Below the pieces are notes generated by a model. The model had not been told where the DNA came from and ran no database searches. It saw only the letters and a program-made list of their open reading frames with translations. From a virus (Duplodnaviria > Caudoviricetes), in IMG/VR virus record IMGVR_UViG_3300044652_000025, positions 64,001 to 128,000 of that record: a stretch of DNA of 64,000 nucleotides; one strand, 5' to 3'. Positions within the stretch are counted from its first letter, which is position 1. Each line of letters starts with the position of its first letter. The translations under genes and the position numbers were made by a program. Positions 9,121-17,997 of the stretch are shown here, one piece after another.

Positions 9121-9683
9121 GTCGCCTCCCTGGCGGCGACCCAGGCCAGGGCCACCGCGTCGATGATCGCCTCGTTGAGCGGTTTGAGCAGCGCCAGACC
9201 GGGGACGAGGTGGAGCAGGCACGTCTTGACGTCGTACTTCTTGGCGTTGCCGTTACCGGTGATGACCTTCTTGGCGTGCTGCGCCCCCACCATTTTGATC
9301 GGTATCTCCCGGGCGTGGGCCGCGGTCCGCAACGCCGTCGCCGAGACGAGCGACGACTCCGGCCGGGCCATGTGGTTCCCAACGGGCGGTAGCTCGTGGA
9401 CGATCACGTCGGGGCGGTACTCACCCAGCAGACGCATGTACTGCCGGAAACACTCGACGGCGCGCTGGAGGGTGTCCTCGTGGCCCTTGTCGATCGGATC
9501 GGTCTTGAGGTTGCCACCTGCCTCGACGCGGAAGGTGTCCCGGTCGCTCCAGACGTAGGCCCAGCCACTGTTGGCGATCGACTGGTCGACGGCCAGGATC
9601 CAGCCCTCGTAGCGGTACTCCTCCTCGATGTTGCGGAGGGGCTTCGGTTCCTCCCGGAACTGGGCCAGCGCATCGAGGCTCAC
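9117..9683 (-). CDS. ruvC: RuvC-like Holliday junction resolvase
   Basis: ILAVDQS...GWA, PDVIVHE, KKVITGNGNAKK, DAVALA. Confidence 0.85.
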   Translation of the reverse strand: MSLDALAQFREEPKPLRNIEEEYRYEGWILAVDQSIANSGWAYVWSDRDTFRVEAGGNLKTDPIDKGHEDTLQRAVECFRQYMRLLGEYRPDVIVHELPPVGNHMARPESSLVSATALRTAAHAREIPIKMVGAQHAKKVITGNGNAKKYDVKTCLLHLVPGLALLKPLNEAIIDAVALAWVAAREAT

Positions 9684-9922
9684 GGTTCGGAGACCAAGGG
9701 TCGCAGCAACAATCCGGTACCGGTGCAGGGACGACACGGCCACGGACCACAGGACGTGGACACGAAGGTGGGCTGGTCACCTGCAACTCCCGGCGGGCGG
9801 CTGACGAGGCCGGTGCCGTCGCAGATGGGGCACCGCTGCCAGAGCCCGTAGTCGGCTGTCACTTTCTCCCGGAACCACACCTTACCCTCACCGATGAGGA
9901 AGTCCTGCGGACGACCACTCAT
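9680..9922 (-). CDS. small protein with a DnaJ-type CxxCxGxG zinc finger
   Basis: CPICDGTG...CRPCTGTG. Confidence 0.6.
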   Translation of the reverse strand: MSGRPQDFLIGEGKVWFREKVTADYGLWQRCPICDGTGLVSRPPGVAGDQPTFVSTSCGPWPCRPCTGTGLLLRPLVSEP

Positions 9923-10152
9923 TTCTGGACCAGCATGTGGTAGCAGAACGCCGAGATGGTGCCGCCGATCAAGAAGGTCACGACCGCGGCCCAGGCCGGG
10001 GACCGGAGGGCCTCCCGGACCTCGGTGGTCAGGAACTCATGACCGTGGCGATCGAGCCATAGGTCCATCAGGATCCACTCCACGTTCGTCTGGACGATCA
10101 GGATGACCCAGAGCCAGATCCCGATGTTGGACTCGTCGGGCGGCTTGCTCAC
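9919..10152 (-). CDS. small membrane protein (holin candidate)
   Basis: Two hydrophobic segments; GTGA overlap. Confidence 0.55.
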   Translation of the reverse strand: MSKPPDESNIGIWLWVILIVQTNVEWILMDLWLDRHGHEFLTTEVREALRSPAWAAVVTFLIGGTISAFCYHMLVQK

Positions 10153-10226
10153 GGCCGGTGCCACCTCCACACCATCAGGCAACCCATGAGGAGCAGGACG
10201 AGGATCCAGAACAGCAGAGTCTTCAT
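10149..10226 (-). CDS. 25-aa single-TM peptide
   Basis: MKTLLFWILVLLLMGCLMVWRWHRP; coupled on both sides. Confidence 0.5.
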   Translation of the reverse strand: MKTLLFWILVLLLMGCLMVWRWHRP

Positions 10227-10987
10227 GCCGAAAGTCCCGCACCCATGGGACAGACCAGCCTGGCAGGGCAGGCCTGCGATTCCTTGGAGCCCGGACCGCA
10301 GCACGGCAGCGGCGGGACGAGGTCGGCGGCGGCCTGACGGACCCGGAGGTACTTCTCCCGGACAGCATGGGCGAAGTAGTCGTCGGCGTTGAGGACGATC
10401 TCCCGCATCTCGTAGGGCCAGTCGAGGGACAGCAGGAGCGTCCGGTGGCGCCGATAGCCCGAGAGTCGCATGTACTCCTGGGCCTGGGCGACGTAGACCG
10501 GCTGGAAGAGCCGGTACCACTCGGCCAACTCCGGATCCTCCGGAGAGAGCCGCGGCACCTTGGCCACCTTGGCGGGGCGCATCGTCTTGAACTCGAAGAC
10601 CTCGTCGGAGAGCGTGCCGTCCATGTGGCCGCGGGCGCCGGTCTCCTTGTCCTCGACGGCGACCTCGGTTCCGGTAAAGAGCCCACAGTCGGTGCCGACC
10701 TTCTCGATGAAGCTGTGCCAGAACTTCCCCTGGGTGACAGCCATGACGCCGTGGGGATCGAAGTCCTCGCCGACGAGACGCTCAGGCTCGGTGAGGTACC
10801 AGTAGAGCATCCGCTCTTCCCAGAGCGGGTGGGTGGAGGGGTGGAAGTAGCCGTCCGGCGGCCGGGCCTGGAAGCCCCCGACCTTGACCTGGAACGACTT
10901 GAAGCTGGGGTCGAAGAGAGCGGCCCGGATCACCGGGATGACGACCTCTCCTTTGTCGACCGCCGACAGCACCTTCCTGAAGTTCAC
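10223..10987 (-). CDS. Cas4-like PD-(D/E)xK exonuclease
   Basis: FHPS, G..WH, GHMDG...FEFKT, QAQEYM, C-terminal CC..C..C. Confidence 0.75.
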   Translation of the reverse strand: MNFRKVLSAVDKGEVVIPVIRAALFDPSFKSFQVKVGGFQARPPDGYFHPSTHPLWEERMLYWYLTEPERLVGEDFDPHGVMAVTQGKFWHSFIEKVGTDCGLFTGTEVAVEDKETGARGHMDGTLSDEVFEFKTMRPAKVAKVPRLSPEDPELAEWYRLFQPVYVAQAQEYMRLSGYRRHRTLLLSLDWPYEMREIVLNADDYFAHAVREKYLRVRQAAADLVPPLPCCGPGSKESQACPARLVCPMGAGLSA

Positions 10988-11442
10988 GGAATGCCGGGCT
11001 CTGGGAGACAGGGGGATCCACCTGGATCCTTTCCCTGGCCGTAGAACAACTCGTGGGCTCGCCTGTATGCGGCGAGTTCCTCGGTGAGGGTCTCGATCGT
11101 GTCGAGCATTTCCTGGAGGTCGGCCATCTCGATGACCACCAGATCGGGATCCACCTCGGTCAACCGGTCGTTGCGGTAGAAGCGGATCGGGATACAGGGG
11201 CGTTCGCCACCGGCCTGATGGACCGCCTTGGCCCACATCCGTCGGCCCACCCCGATGCTCTCGCCGCGGGTGGCCTTACAGTCCCAAGCAAATGCAATTG
11301 CGGTTGATTCGCAATAACGATCTTGGCGCCCATCCATGGGACCGTTCCACTGGTTGCCGGAGCCGCGACTCTGGCGGCCCCCGAGACGGTCGGTGACATC
11401 AGCCTCATGGTGCTTGCTCATAGCCCGGTTGAGGTCAGCCAT
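10984..11442 (-). CDS. PD-(D/E)xK nuclease / Hjc-like resolvase
   Basis: HE...GG..SRGSGN...DG...WDCKAT. Confidence 0.65.
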   Translation of the reverse strand: MADLNRAMSKHHEADVTDRLGGRQSRGSGNQWNGPMDGRQDRYCESTAIAFAWDCKATRGESIGVGRRMWAKAVHQAGGERPCIPIRFYRNDRLTEVDPDLVVIEMADLQEMLDTIETLTEELAAYRRAHELFYGQGKDPGGSPCLPEPGIP

Positions 11443-11683
11443 CGCACGCGGTCCCGTCGGACTGTCGCCACCAGTGGACCCGGTACATGCCGTCCCAGTA
11501 CATGAACTTCCAGTGCCAGCCAAGGATCTTGCCCTGGCGAACCCGGATCGTCGTTCGCACAGGATCGGCGTCCCGTAGCGGCTGGTCCGTCATTTGGCAC
11601 ACCCTTGCCGTAGGAACCAAGCTCGTAGGCCGCCCACCGTTTTGCGGCTCACGGATTTCCCGCATCGGCACATGCCGTACCAC
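11435..11683 (-). CDS. hypothetical protein
   Basis: ORF in operon orientation; start uncertain. Confidence 0.4.
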   Translation of the reverse strand: MVRHVPMREIREPQNGGRPTSLVPTARVCQMTDQPLRDADPVRTTIRVRQGKILGWHWKFMYWDGMYRVHWWRQSDGTACDG

Positions 11684-11737
11684 CCGGACTTGGGTCCGTA
11701 ATACGTCGCCCAGATGGCATGGTCGCCCGCGACAGTA

Positions 11738-11757
11738 TCGGCGACCTGTCGCTCAGG
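11738..11757. repeat. 20-bp intergenic repeat, copy 1 (tcggcgacctgtcgctcagg)
   Basis: Identical to 20337..20356; internal GCGAC-ct-GTCGC palindrome. Confidence 0.8.
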
Positions 11758-11769
11758 CATGGACGACCC

Positions 11770-12054
11770 TCATGTGCTCGAAGAGCCGTCGCTGGAGGAC
11801 GGCAAAGACGATGGGCTCCCGGCCTCGGAGGACGGCCGACCACTCGCACTGCTGACATCCGATGCGTGCGCCCCGAACGGGCGGCCCTCCAGGACGTCGC
11901 GCGCCGACATCAGATAGCCCTGGGCTTCCTGAAGCATGGACCGGGCGTGCTCCCCATCCATCAGCGTGGTCCGGTCGTGATCCCGTTTTGCCACCTCCAG
12001 CATGTTCGAGCAGGCCGACAGCACCTGCTCGGCCGTCGTAAGGATGCCGCTCAC
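11770..12054 (-). CDS. hypothetical protein
   Basis: GTGA overlap with recA. Confidence 0.55.
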   Translation of the reverse strand: MSGILTTAEQVLSACSNMLEVAKRDHDRTTLMDGEHARSMLQEAQGYLMSARDVLEGRPFGAHASDVSSASGRPSSEAGSPSSLPSSSDGSSST

Positions 12055-13148
12055 GCGATCTCTCCCTCCCGGCCGGTCCGGAACTGCGGTCCCTCCGGGT
12101 CGGGCCGCTCCTCGGCGTAGACCTCCGACGCCCGAGTGGCCAAGACGGCGGTCCGGACGGCGTCGACGGTGTCGGGCTGGGTCCGCATGGCCTCGACCAT
12201 CTTGTCCCGGCCGTTGAACCGCTCGCCGGTGCCCGGCACGGTGTACCAGGCGCCGTCCCGGGAGATGACGCCCAGCTTGAGGCCCAGTGTCACCGCTTCG
12301 TCGACCTTGTCGACCCCGAGCGGACCGTACTTCTCCGTCGACTGGTTGAACAGGGAGATGAAAGCGGCCCGTCCCGGCGGGGCCACGTTGTTGCGCTCCA
12401 GCTTGATGGCCAGTTCGTGGCCGACGAGCACCTTGTTCTCACCGGAGCCGAGCGTGAAGGGCTCCCGGCTGGTCCGCTTGAACTCCATCTTCATGGTGGT
12501 GACGTGCTTGAGGGCGAAGCCGCCGCCGGTGGTGGTGGCCTTGCCGTAGCCGGAGACATTGGCCCGGACCTGGTTGATGACGATGACCGCGGTCCGGGAC
12601 CGGTCGGCCGCCGGGGCGGCCATCTTCACCATGCGGGTGACCACCTTGGCCTGGGCGGCGACCACGGCCTCGTCGGCGTCCTTGTCGATCTCCTTCTGGG
12701 GGATCATCGCCCCGATGGAGTCCAGCACCACCATGGAGAATTGCGGCAGAAGCATGTCCTTCAAGATGTCGGCCGTCTCCTCGGCGACGTCGGGCTGGAT
12801 GATGTAGCACCGCGTCATGTCGACACCGTGGTCCCGGACCCAGGCCAGGTCGATCTTGTGTTCGACGTCGATGTAGCCGACGACCTTGTCGGGATGCTTC
12901 TTCTGGGCCTCGGCCAGCCCAAGGATCGCCATGGTCGACTTCCCGATCCCATCGGCGCCCCAGTACTCGTGGAGGCGGCCCTCCACCAGCCCGCCGACGC
13001 CAGTGGCGTAGTCCAGAGCCAGCGACCCGGTCGAGATCACTTTATAGGGGGTAATCTCCGGCGACTTGATCAGCGCGGCGGCGCCGTATTTCTTTTGAAA
13101 TTTTTCCTCAAACGCTTTGAGGGCTTTGACATCCGGTCGTTCGGCCAT
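12051..13148 (-). CDS. recA: RecA recombinase
   Basis: ISTGSLALD, G..GIGKST, IDVEH, VVLDSI, INQVR, TTTGGGFALK. Confidence 0.95.
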   Translation of the reverse strand: MAERPDVKALKAFEEKFQKKYGAAALIKSPEITPYKVISTGSLALDYATGVGGLVEGRLHEYWGADGIGKSTMAILGLAEAQKKHPDKVVGYIDVEHKIDLAWVRDHGVDMTRCYIIQPDVAEETADILKDMLLPQFSMVVLDSIGAMIPQKEIDKDADEAVVAAQAKVVTRMVKMAAPAADRSRTAVIVINQVRANVSGYGKATTTGGGFALKHVTTMKMEFKRTSREPFTLGSGENKVLVGHELAIKLERNNVAPPGRAAFISLFNQSTEKYGPLGVDKVDEAVTLGLKLGVISRDGAWYTVPGTGERFNGRDKMVEAMRTQPDTVDAVRTAVLATRASEVYAEERPDPEGPQFRTGREGEIA

Positions 13149-13166
13149 TGGCTCCCCTGGGATGAG

Positions 13167-16100
13167 TCAGCATGGCTGGTACTTCTTGAGTTGGCATCCT
13201 CGCTCGTTCTTGGCCAGTAAGGCGAGGGCCATCTCGTTCTGGCGGATATCCCGATGGTACTTCTCCCACGCCTCGTGGAACACGACCACGTCGATGTCGC
13301 CGTCGCGGGCGTAGAGCGTCATGAAGGCCATCTTGCGTCCGTACCTGTCCTGGGTAGGGCGCAGCCGTGACACCACCGCTAGGACGAGGTATTCCCCGTC
13401 GTCTCCGTTGCCGACTTCCTCGGCGGTGTGGCAGTCCTCCAGGATCGAGGGGTGGACGGTGTCGAACGGGGTCGACGAGAGGGCGATCCCGAGTAGCCGC
13501 TCTTCGATGGTCCGGATCTCGGCGTCGCTGTAGCGCGCTCCGACGGCCACACCCTCCCGGGGGGCGTACTGACGGCAGGCCCGAGAGCACTTGGCCGGGA
13601 GACCGGGCTGGTTCTTGAGGGGTCTGCCACTCTTGCCGAGCTTGGGCGGCTCCGTGAACCAGTCGAAGGTGCAGGGCAGCCCGGGGACATCGGCCCACCA
13701 CCGGCAGTCGGCCGAGGGGATCGGTTTGTTGGCCTGGAAGTCGAGATGGTCCACCAGAGCGCGGCGGTTCTCGATGAGCCGGTCGAAGGCTCCGACCTCG
13801 ACCAGGGTCCGGGTGACCCCGGAGTTGGCGGCGCGGCCTTTCCTGGCCAGGTAGTCGTCCCAGGAGGTATAGGGCTGCCCGGCGACGATGTCCTTGACCG
13901 CGGCGTCGCCGATGCCCTTGATCTGGTCGAGCCCGTAGCGGATGCCCCGGGGTGTGACCTTGAAGCCCACCCCGCTCTCGTTGATGTCCGGCGGCAGGAT
14001 CCGCAGCCCCATCCGCCGGGCCTCCTGGATCACCTCCGGGAGACGGCCCTTCTCCTCTGTGGACAATAGTGCGGTGAAGAATTGCAAGGGATAGTGGAAC
14101 TTTAAGTAGGCTGTCCAAACGCCCAAGATTGCATAGGCCCATGCGTGGCTTCTATTGAAACTATATTTTGCAAATTCGGCCAGCTGCTCCCAGAGCGCCG
14201 CCATGGCCTGACGGTCGTGACCGCGTGCGAGACAGCGGGTGATGAACCGCTGGCCCTCCTCGGGTATCCGGCTGGTCTTCTTCTTGCCGAGGATCCGGCG
14301 GACCTCGTCGGCCTCCTCCGAGGTGTAGCCGCCGAGGATCATGCAGGTCTGCATGACCTGCTCTTGGTACAAGATGCAGCCGAACGTGTCGCCGAGGTAG
14401 TGCTCCAGCGACGGATGGGGGTAGGTCACCGGCTCCAGCCCGGCCCGACGCTGGAGGTACATCTTCATCAGCCCGGAGTTCTTGGGGCCGGGTCGGCCGA
14501 TGGTGATGAGGTCGGCCAACTCCCGGAGTGACCGCGGTCTGAACTCCTTGGCGATCTTGGTGTTGGCCTTGGTCTCGATCTGGAAGATGCCGAGGGTGTG
14601 GCCCTTTCCGATCTCCTCCCACATCAACGGATCGTCGTACTCATTTTTCCATGAGTAGACGTCGATCTCGACGCCCTCCTGCTCCCGGATGAGATCGACG
14701 GTCTTCTGGATCGTGTCCAGATTCCGAAGATTCAAAAGATCGAACTTGACCAGACCCAGGGACTCCAGGGCCTCCATGTCGAACTCGGCCACCAGCTGGC
14801 CGTCCTTGGCGGCCCACAGCGGCAGCCGGTCGATGAGCGGCTCGTCGGGGGAGATCACGAACCCGGCGGCGTGACGTCCGTAGGACTTGAGACGGCCCAC
14901 CATCCGGTCGGCGTAGGCGAAGAGCGTGGGGTACTTCTCCCGGTAGGGGTTCAAGGTCTCGGCGTGGGCCTCCCACATCTCGTCCCATGGCATCCCGAGG
15001 CCCGCGGTGCTGGCCTCGATATCGTCGATGTGCTTCGCCACCAGGTCCATGTCGGGGTAGAGCCGGGGGTTGTCGATGGCCTTGTTGAGCACCCTGGTCA
15101 GATCCCGGATGACGCCCTTGTTCTTGAGCCGGAGGTGGGTGCCGACCCGGACGACGCGGTCGGCGCCCCAGCGCTCGACGGCGTAGGCGGCCATCCGGTC
15201 TTTCTCCGAGGACGGATAGTCGACGTCGAAGTCGGGCAGGGCGGCCCGGCCCTCGGTCAGAAAGCGCTCGAAGAGCAGGCCGGTATCGACGGGGTCGATC
15301 TCCGTGATGCCCATGAGGTAGGCGACCAGCGAACCCGACCCCGAGCCCCGGCCCGGCCCCACCAGGATCCGGTTGCGCTTGGCGTAGTCGACCTGGTCGT
15401 GGACCATCAGGTAGTAGCCGCAGAACCCCTTGTCGATGAGGAGCTTCATCTCCCGCTCGAAGCGGGCCTCGTAGACCTCCTGGCCGCTGCTCTTACCCAG
15501 CGTCTTGGCCCAGTTGCCGAGGCAGATCCGCAGCAGCCGGTCGACATCGGCCGCCGGACCACCACTGCGCGAGAACACCGGCGGGTCGGCCCGTCCGACC
15601 ATGGAGGCGGTGCAGCGCTCGGCCACGGCGACGGTATTGGCCATGGCCTCGTCGATCACCGCGGCCGGGAGGTAGCCGAGGGCTTTGGTGACTTCACCGG
15701 CGGTCATCAGGTGGTAGTCGTGACCGCCGGAGAACAATCCGGTGTCCTCGGCGATGCCGTCCTTCTTGGGGATCTGGACAGCCAGCCAGGTGGCGTGGGC
15801 GTCCTTGTCGTCGGGACAGGCATAGTGGCTGTCCACCGCGGCCACCAGGGGCAGAGAGTACTGGCGGGCCAGATCGACCAGGAGGTCGTTGACCTTGCGC
15901 TGCTCGTCAAGGGCGTTGGTGTGGATCTCCACATAGAGTCGGTCCCGGAAGATGTCGTTCAGCCGGGCGAGGTTGGCCACCGCCAGGTCGTAGGCTTCGT
16001 GCTTGAGCAAGGGGTGGGCCAGCGGGCCGCGGAGGCAGGCAGTGGAGGCAATGACGCCGTCGCTGAGCCGCGACAGGGTGTCCCAGTCCATCCGAGGCTT

Positions 16101-16727
16101 GCCGTAGAAGCCATCACGGTAAGCCTCGGTGCTCATGGCCCAGAGGTTGCGGAGTCCGGCGTCGGTCTCGGCCAGCAGGATCAGGTGGTAGTAGTCGAGG
16201 CTCTCCCGGTCGAAGCGGTCGTGGACGAGATAGGCCTCGATCCCGAAGAGGGGCTTGATCCCGGCCTTGGCCGCCTTGGCCGCCAGGTGAGGGTGAGCGG
16301 CGCAGGCACCGTGGTCGGTGACGGCCAGGGCGGGCTGTCCGTCGGCCACCACCGCGGCGATCATCTCGTCGATGGTCGAGTAGCCGTCCAGGGCCGAGTG
16401 TTCGCTGTGGGCGTGGAGGTGAACGAAGCCGGTCGTCCGTTCGGCCTTGGCCGCCCGGCGTAGCTGCCGGTAGGACGGCGTCGGATGCGGGCAGGGCCGG
16501 AGGTCAGGGATCTCCACCTCGGCCCCACCGAAACGCGACGGCGGGTCGCCGTCCACCAGCCAGTAGCTGTCGCCGACGATGACCGCGGCGATCGAGTGGT
16601 TCATGGCGTTGTCGTAGACCCAGGACGGGAACCGCGCCTCGGGGACGAGGAGCATCCGGATGCCGTCATCATCCTCGACGACCGTGACCCCCGGGAAGTA
16701 CTCCTCTGCTATTCGATATTGGCCCAC
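13167..16727 (-). CDS. dnaE: DNA polymerase III alpha subunit
   Basis: PHP domain HLHAHSEHSALDG, GPGRGS, PDFDVD, KFDLL, FNRSH, OB-fold end; GTG start at 16727 after GGGGAG. Confidence 0.95.
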   Translation of the reverse strand: MGQYRIAEEYFPGVTVVEDDDGIRMLLVPEARFPSWVYDNAMNHSIAAVIVGDSYWLVDGDPPSRFGGAEVEIPDLRPCPHPTPSYRQLRRAAKAERTTGFVHLHAHSEHSALDGYSTIDEMIAAVVADGQPALAVTDHGACAAHPHLAAKAAKAGIKPLFGIEAYLVHDRFDRESLDYYHLILLAETDAGLRNLWAMSTEAYRDGFYGKPRMDWDTLSRLSDGVIASTACLRGPLAHPLLKHEAYDLAVANLARLNDIFRDRLYVEIHTNALDEQRKVNDLLVDLARQYSLPLVAAVDSHYACPDDKDAHATWLAVQIPKKDGIAEDTGLFSGGHDYHLMTAGEVTKALGYLPAAVIDEAMANTVAVAERCTASMVGRADPPVFSRSGGPAADVDRLLRICLGNWAKTLGKSSGQEVYEARFEREMKLLIDKGFCGYYLMVHDQVDYAKRNRILVGPGRGSGSGSLVAYLMGITEIDPVDTGLLFERFLTEGRAALPDFDVDYPSSEKDRMAAYAVERWGADRVVRVGTHLRLKNKGVIRDLTRVLNKAIDNPRLYPDMDLVAKHIDDIEASTAGLGMPWDEMWEAHAETLNPYREKYPTLFAYADRMVGRLKSYGRHAAGFVISPDEPLIDRLPLWAAKDGQLVAEFDMEALESLGLVKFDLLNLRNLDTIQKTVDLIREQEGVEIDVYSWKNEYDDPLMWEEIGKGHTLGIFQIETKANTKIAKEFRPRSLRELADLITIGRPGPKNSGLMKMYLQRRAGLEPVTYPHPSLEHYLGDTFGCILYQEQVMQTCMILGGYTSEEADEVRRILGKKKTSRIPEEGQRFITRCLARGHDRQAMAALWEQLAEFAKYSFNRSHAWAYAILGVWTAYLKFHYPLQFFTALLSTEEKGRLPEVIQEARRMGLRILPPDINESGVGFKVTPRGIRYGLDQIKGIGDAAVKDIVAGQPYTSWDDYLARKGRAANSGVTRTLVEVGAFDRLIENRRALVDHLDFQANKPIPSADCRWWADVPGLPCTFDWFTEPPKLGKSGRPLKNQPGLPAKCSRACRQYAPREGVAVGARYSDAEIRTIEERLLGIALSSTPFDTVHPSILEDCHTAEEVGNGDDGEYLVLAVVSRLRPTQDRYGRKMAFMTLYARDGDIDVVVFHEAWEKYHRDIRQNEMALALLAKNERGCQLKKYQPC

Positions 16728-17002
16728 CGACGCTCCCCCGTCAGGATGTCCCGCGCCTGCTGCAACCGTCGCATGTCCTCCTCGATGGAGGCGATGCACT
16801 GCTTGATCTCCTCCGGCCCGGCCAACCGCCACCGGCTCACGTCGAGCGGTTGGGTGACCTCGTCGCACACCAGGCACTTCGTCAGCTGAAGGCCACCGGG
16901 GTCGGGGTCGGAGAGCACCTCATAGATATGCTCCCGACAAGCGAGACGGTGAGGAGCCAGCAATCGACTCCCCACCGTCCAGGTCCGCCGATTAACGGAC
17001 AT
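16709..17002 (-). CDS. hypothetical Zn-ribbon/coiled-coil protein
   Basis: CxxH...CxxC. Confidence 0.55.
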   Translation of the reverse strand: MSVNRRTWTVGSRLLAPHRLACREHIYEVLSDPDPGGLQLTKCLVCDEVTQPLDVSRWRLAGPEEIKQCIASIEEDMRRLQQARDILTGERRWANIE

Positions 17003-17007
17003 CGCTG

Positions 17008-17979
17008 TCAGTCGTAGTTTTTGATCCCTCCGGACGTTGCCTCATTGGCGTGCTCGCCCGGCGTCTCACCACCGGTGCTGTAGCTCCGGACGCGGCTGGC
17101 GAGATCCTTGAGGCGCTCTTCGTCGACGTCGTTCTGGGCCTTCGGCTCGGGAGCGGCGCCGGTCTCTTCGACCTTGCCCTCCTTGCCGACCTTGATCCGG
17201 GGATCGAAGAACAGGCCGTAGAACCGGTCCGACGCCTGGTCGGTGATGATTTCGGCGAGGTCGTAGACGCCGTCGTAGCGCTTCCCCCACTCGGTGAAGG
17301 AACCGTCCGGGGTGGTCACGGCCAGCTTCTCGTTGCTGCGGTCGTCTTTGATCGGGTCCAGCGGGATGATCCGGTACTCGGTGTCCGTCGTGGACCCCTT
17401 CCGAGTGATCTTGTAGTCCCGGTCGGTGATGGTGCCGTAGTGCCCGGCGAAGCCCTGGAGCGCGCCCCAGAAGTTCTTCCAGCCCTGGGAGACGACGACG
17501 ATGTCCTTCTCCTTGACGACCTCGGTCTGGTCCGAGTCCGGCCGCTTGCGCTCGACCTCACGGATCTTGTCGCGGATCCCCACGACCTTGCCGTCTTCGA
17601 TGACCTGCTCCCGGAGGCAGGCGAGCGCCCAGGTCCGGGGACTGGCCTTCTTCACCTGCTTGTCCTTGCCGACGAGGAACTCGCAGATGTAGCAGTCGGG
17701 AAACATCCGCTTGCCGGTGGGCTCGACGAAGGCGGGGTCGTTACGGCAGATGGCACCCATCCGCTCGGGCCAGTTACCAGTGTGACCGTCGGGCTTGCCC
17801 TTGGTCGGCACCTGGGTGTGCTGGTCGACAGTGATCCAGTCGGTCGCCTCGGTGATGAAGCGGAGGATGGCAGTCTCGCCATCCTTGATGCCGAACCACT
17901 GGGTGCGAGCGAAGTTGGGGGATGCCTTCTTGGCAGCCTCCTCCGCGACGTCGCCACCCTTACGGAATGCAGGACTCAT
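17008..17979 (-). CDS. single-stranded DNA-binding protein (gp32-like)
   Basis: KDGETAILRF, CYICE, TDRDYKITRKG..TEY; position in the replication module. Confidence 0.7.
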   Translation of the reverse strand: MSPAFRKGGDVAEEAAKKASPNFARTQWFGIKDGETAILRFITEATDWITVDQHTQVPTKGKPDGHTGNWPERMGAICRNDPAFVEPTGKRMFPDCYICEFLVGKDKQVKKASPRTWALACLREQVIEDGKVVGIRDKIREVERKRPDSDQTEVVKEKDIVVVSQGWKNFWGALQGFAGHYGTITDRDYKITRKGSTTDTEYRIIPLDPIKDDRSNEKLAVTTPDGSFTEWGKRYDGVYDLAEIITDQASDRFYGLFFDPRIKVGKEGKVEETGAAPEPKAQNDVDEERLKDLASRVRSYSTGGETPGEHANEATSGGIKNYD

Positions 17980-17997
17980 GGCTCTCTCCGTTCTCAG

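Noticed and set aside
10223-10987. Cas4-like gene as evidence of CRISPR-Cas
   Set aside because: Solo Cas4-like exonucleases are common in phage recombination modules; no array or other cas genes
14871-16463. Long + strand ORFs (also 21621..23090, 24155..25900, 60251..62158 and others)
   Set aside because: Antisense shadows of high-GC3 minus-strand genes, with no recognisable motifs
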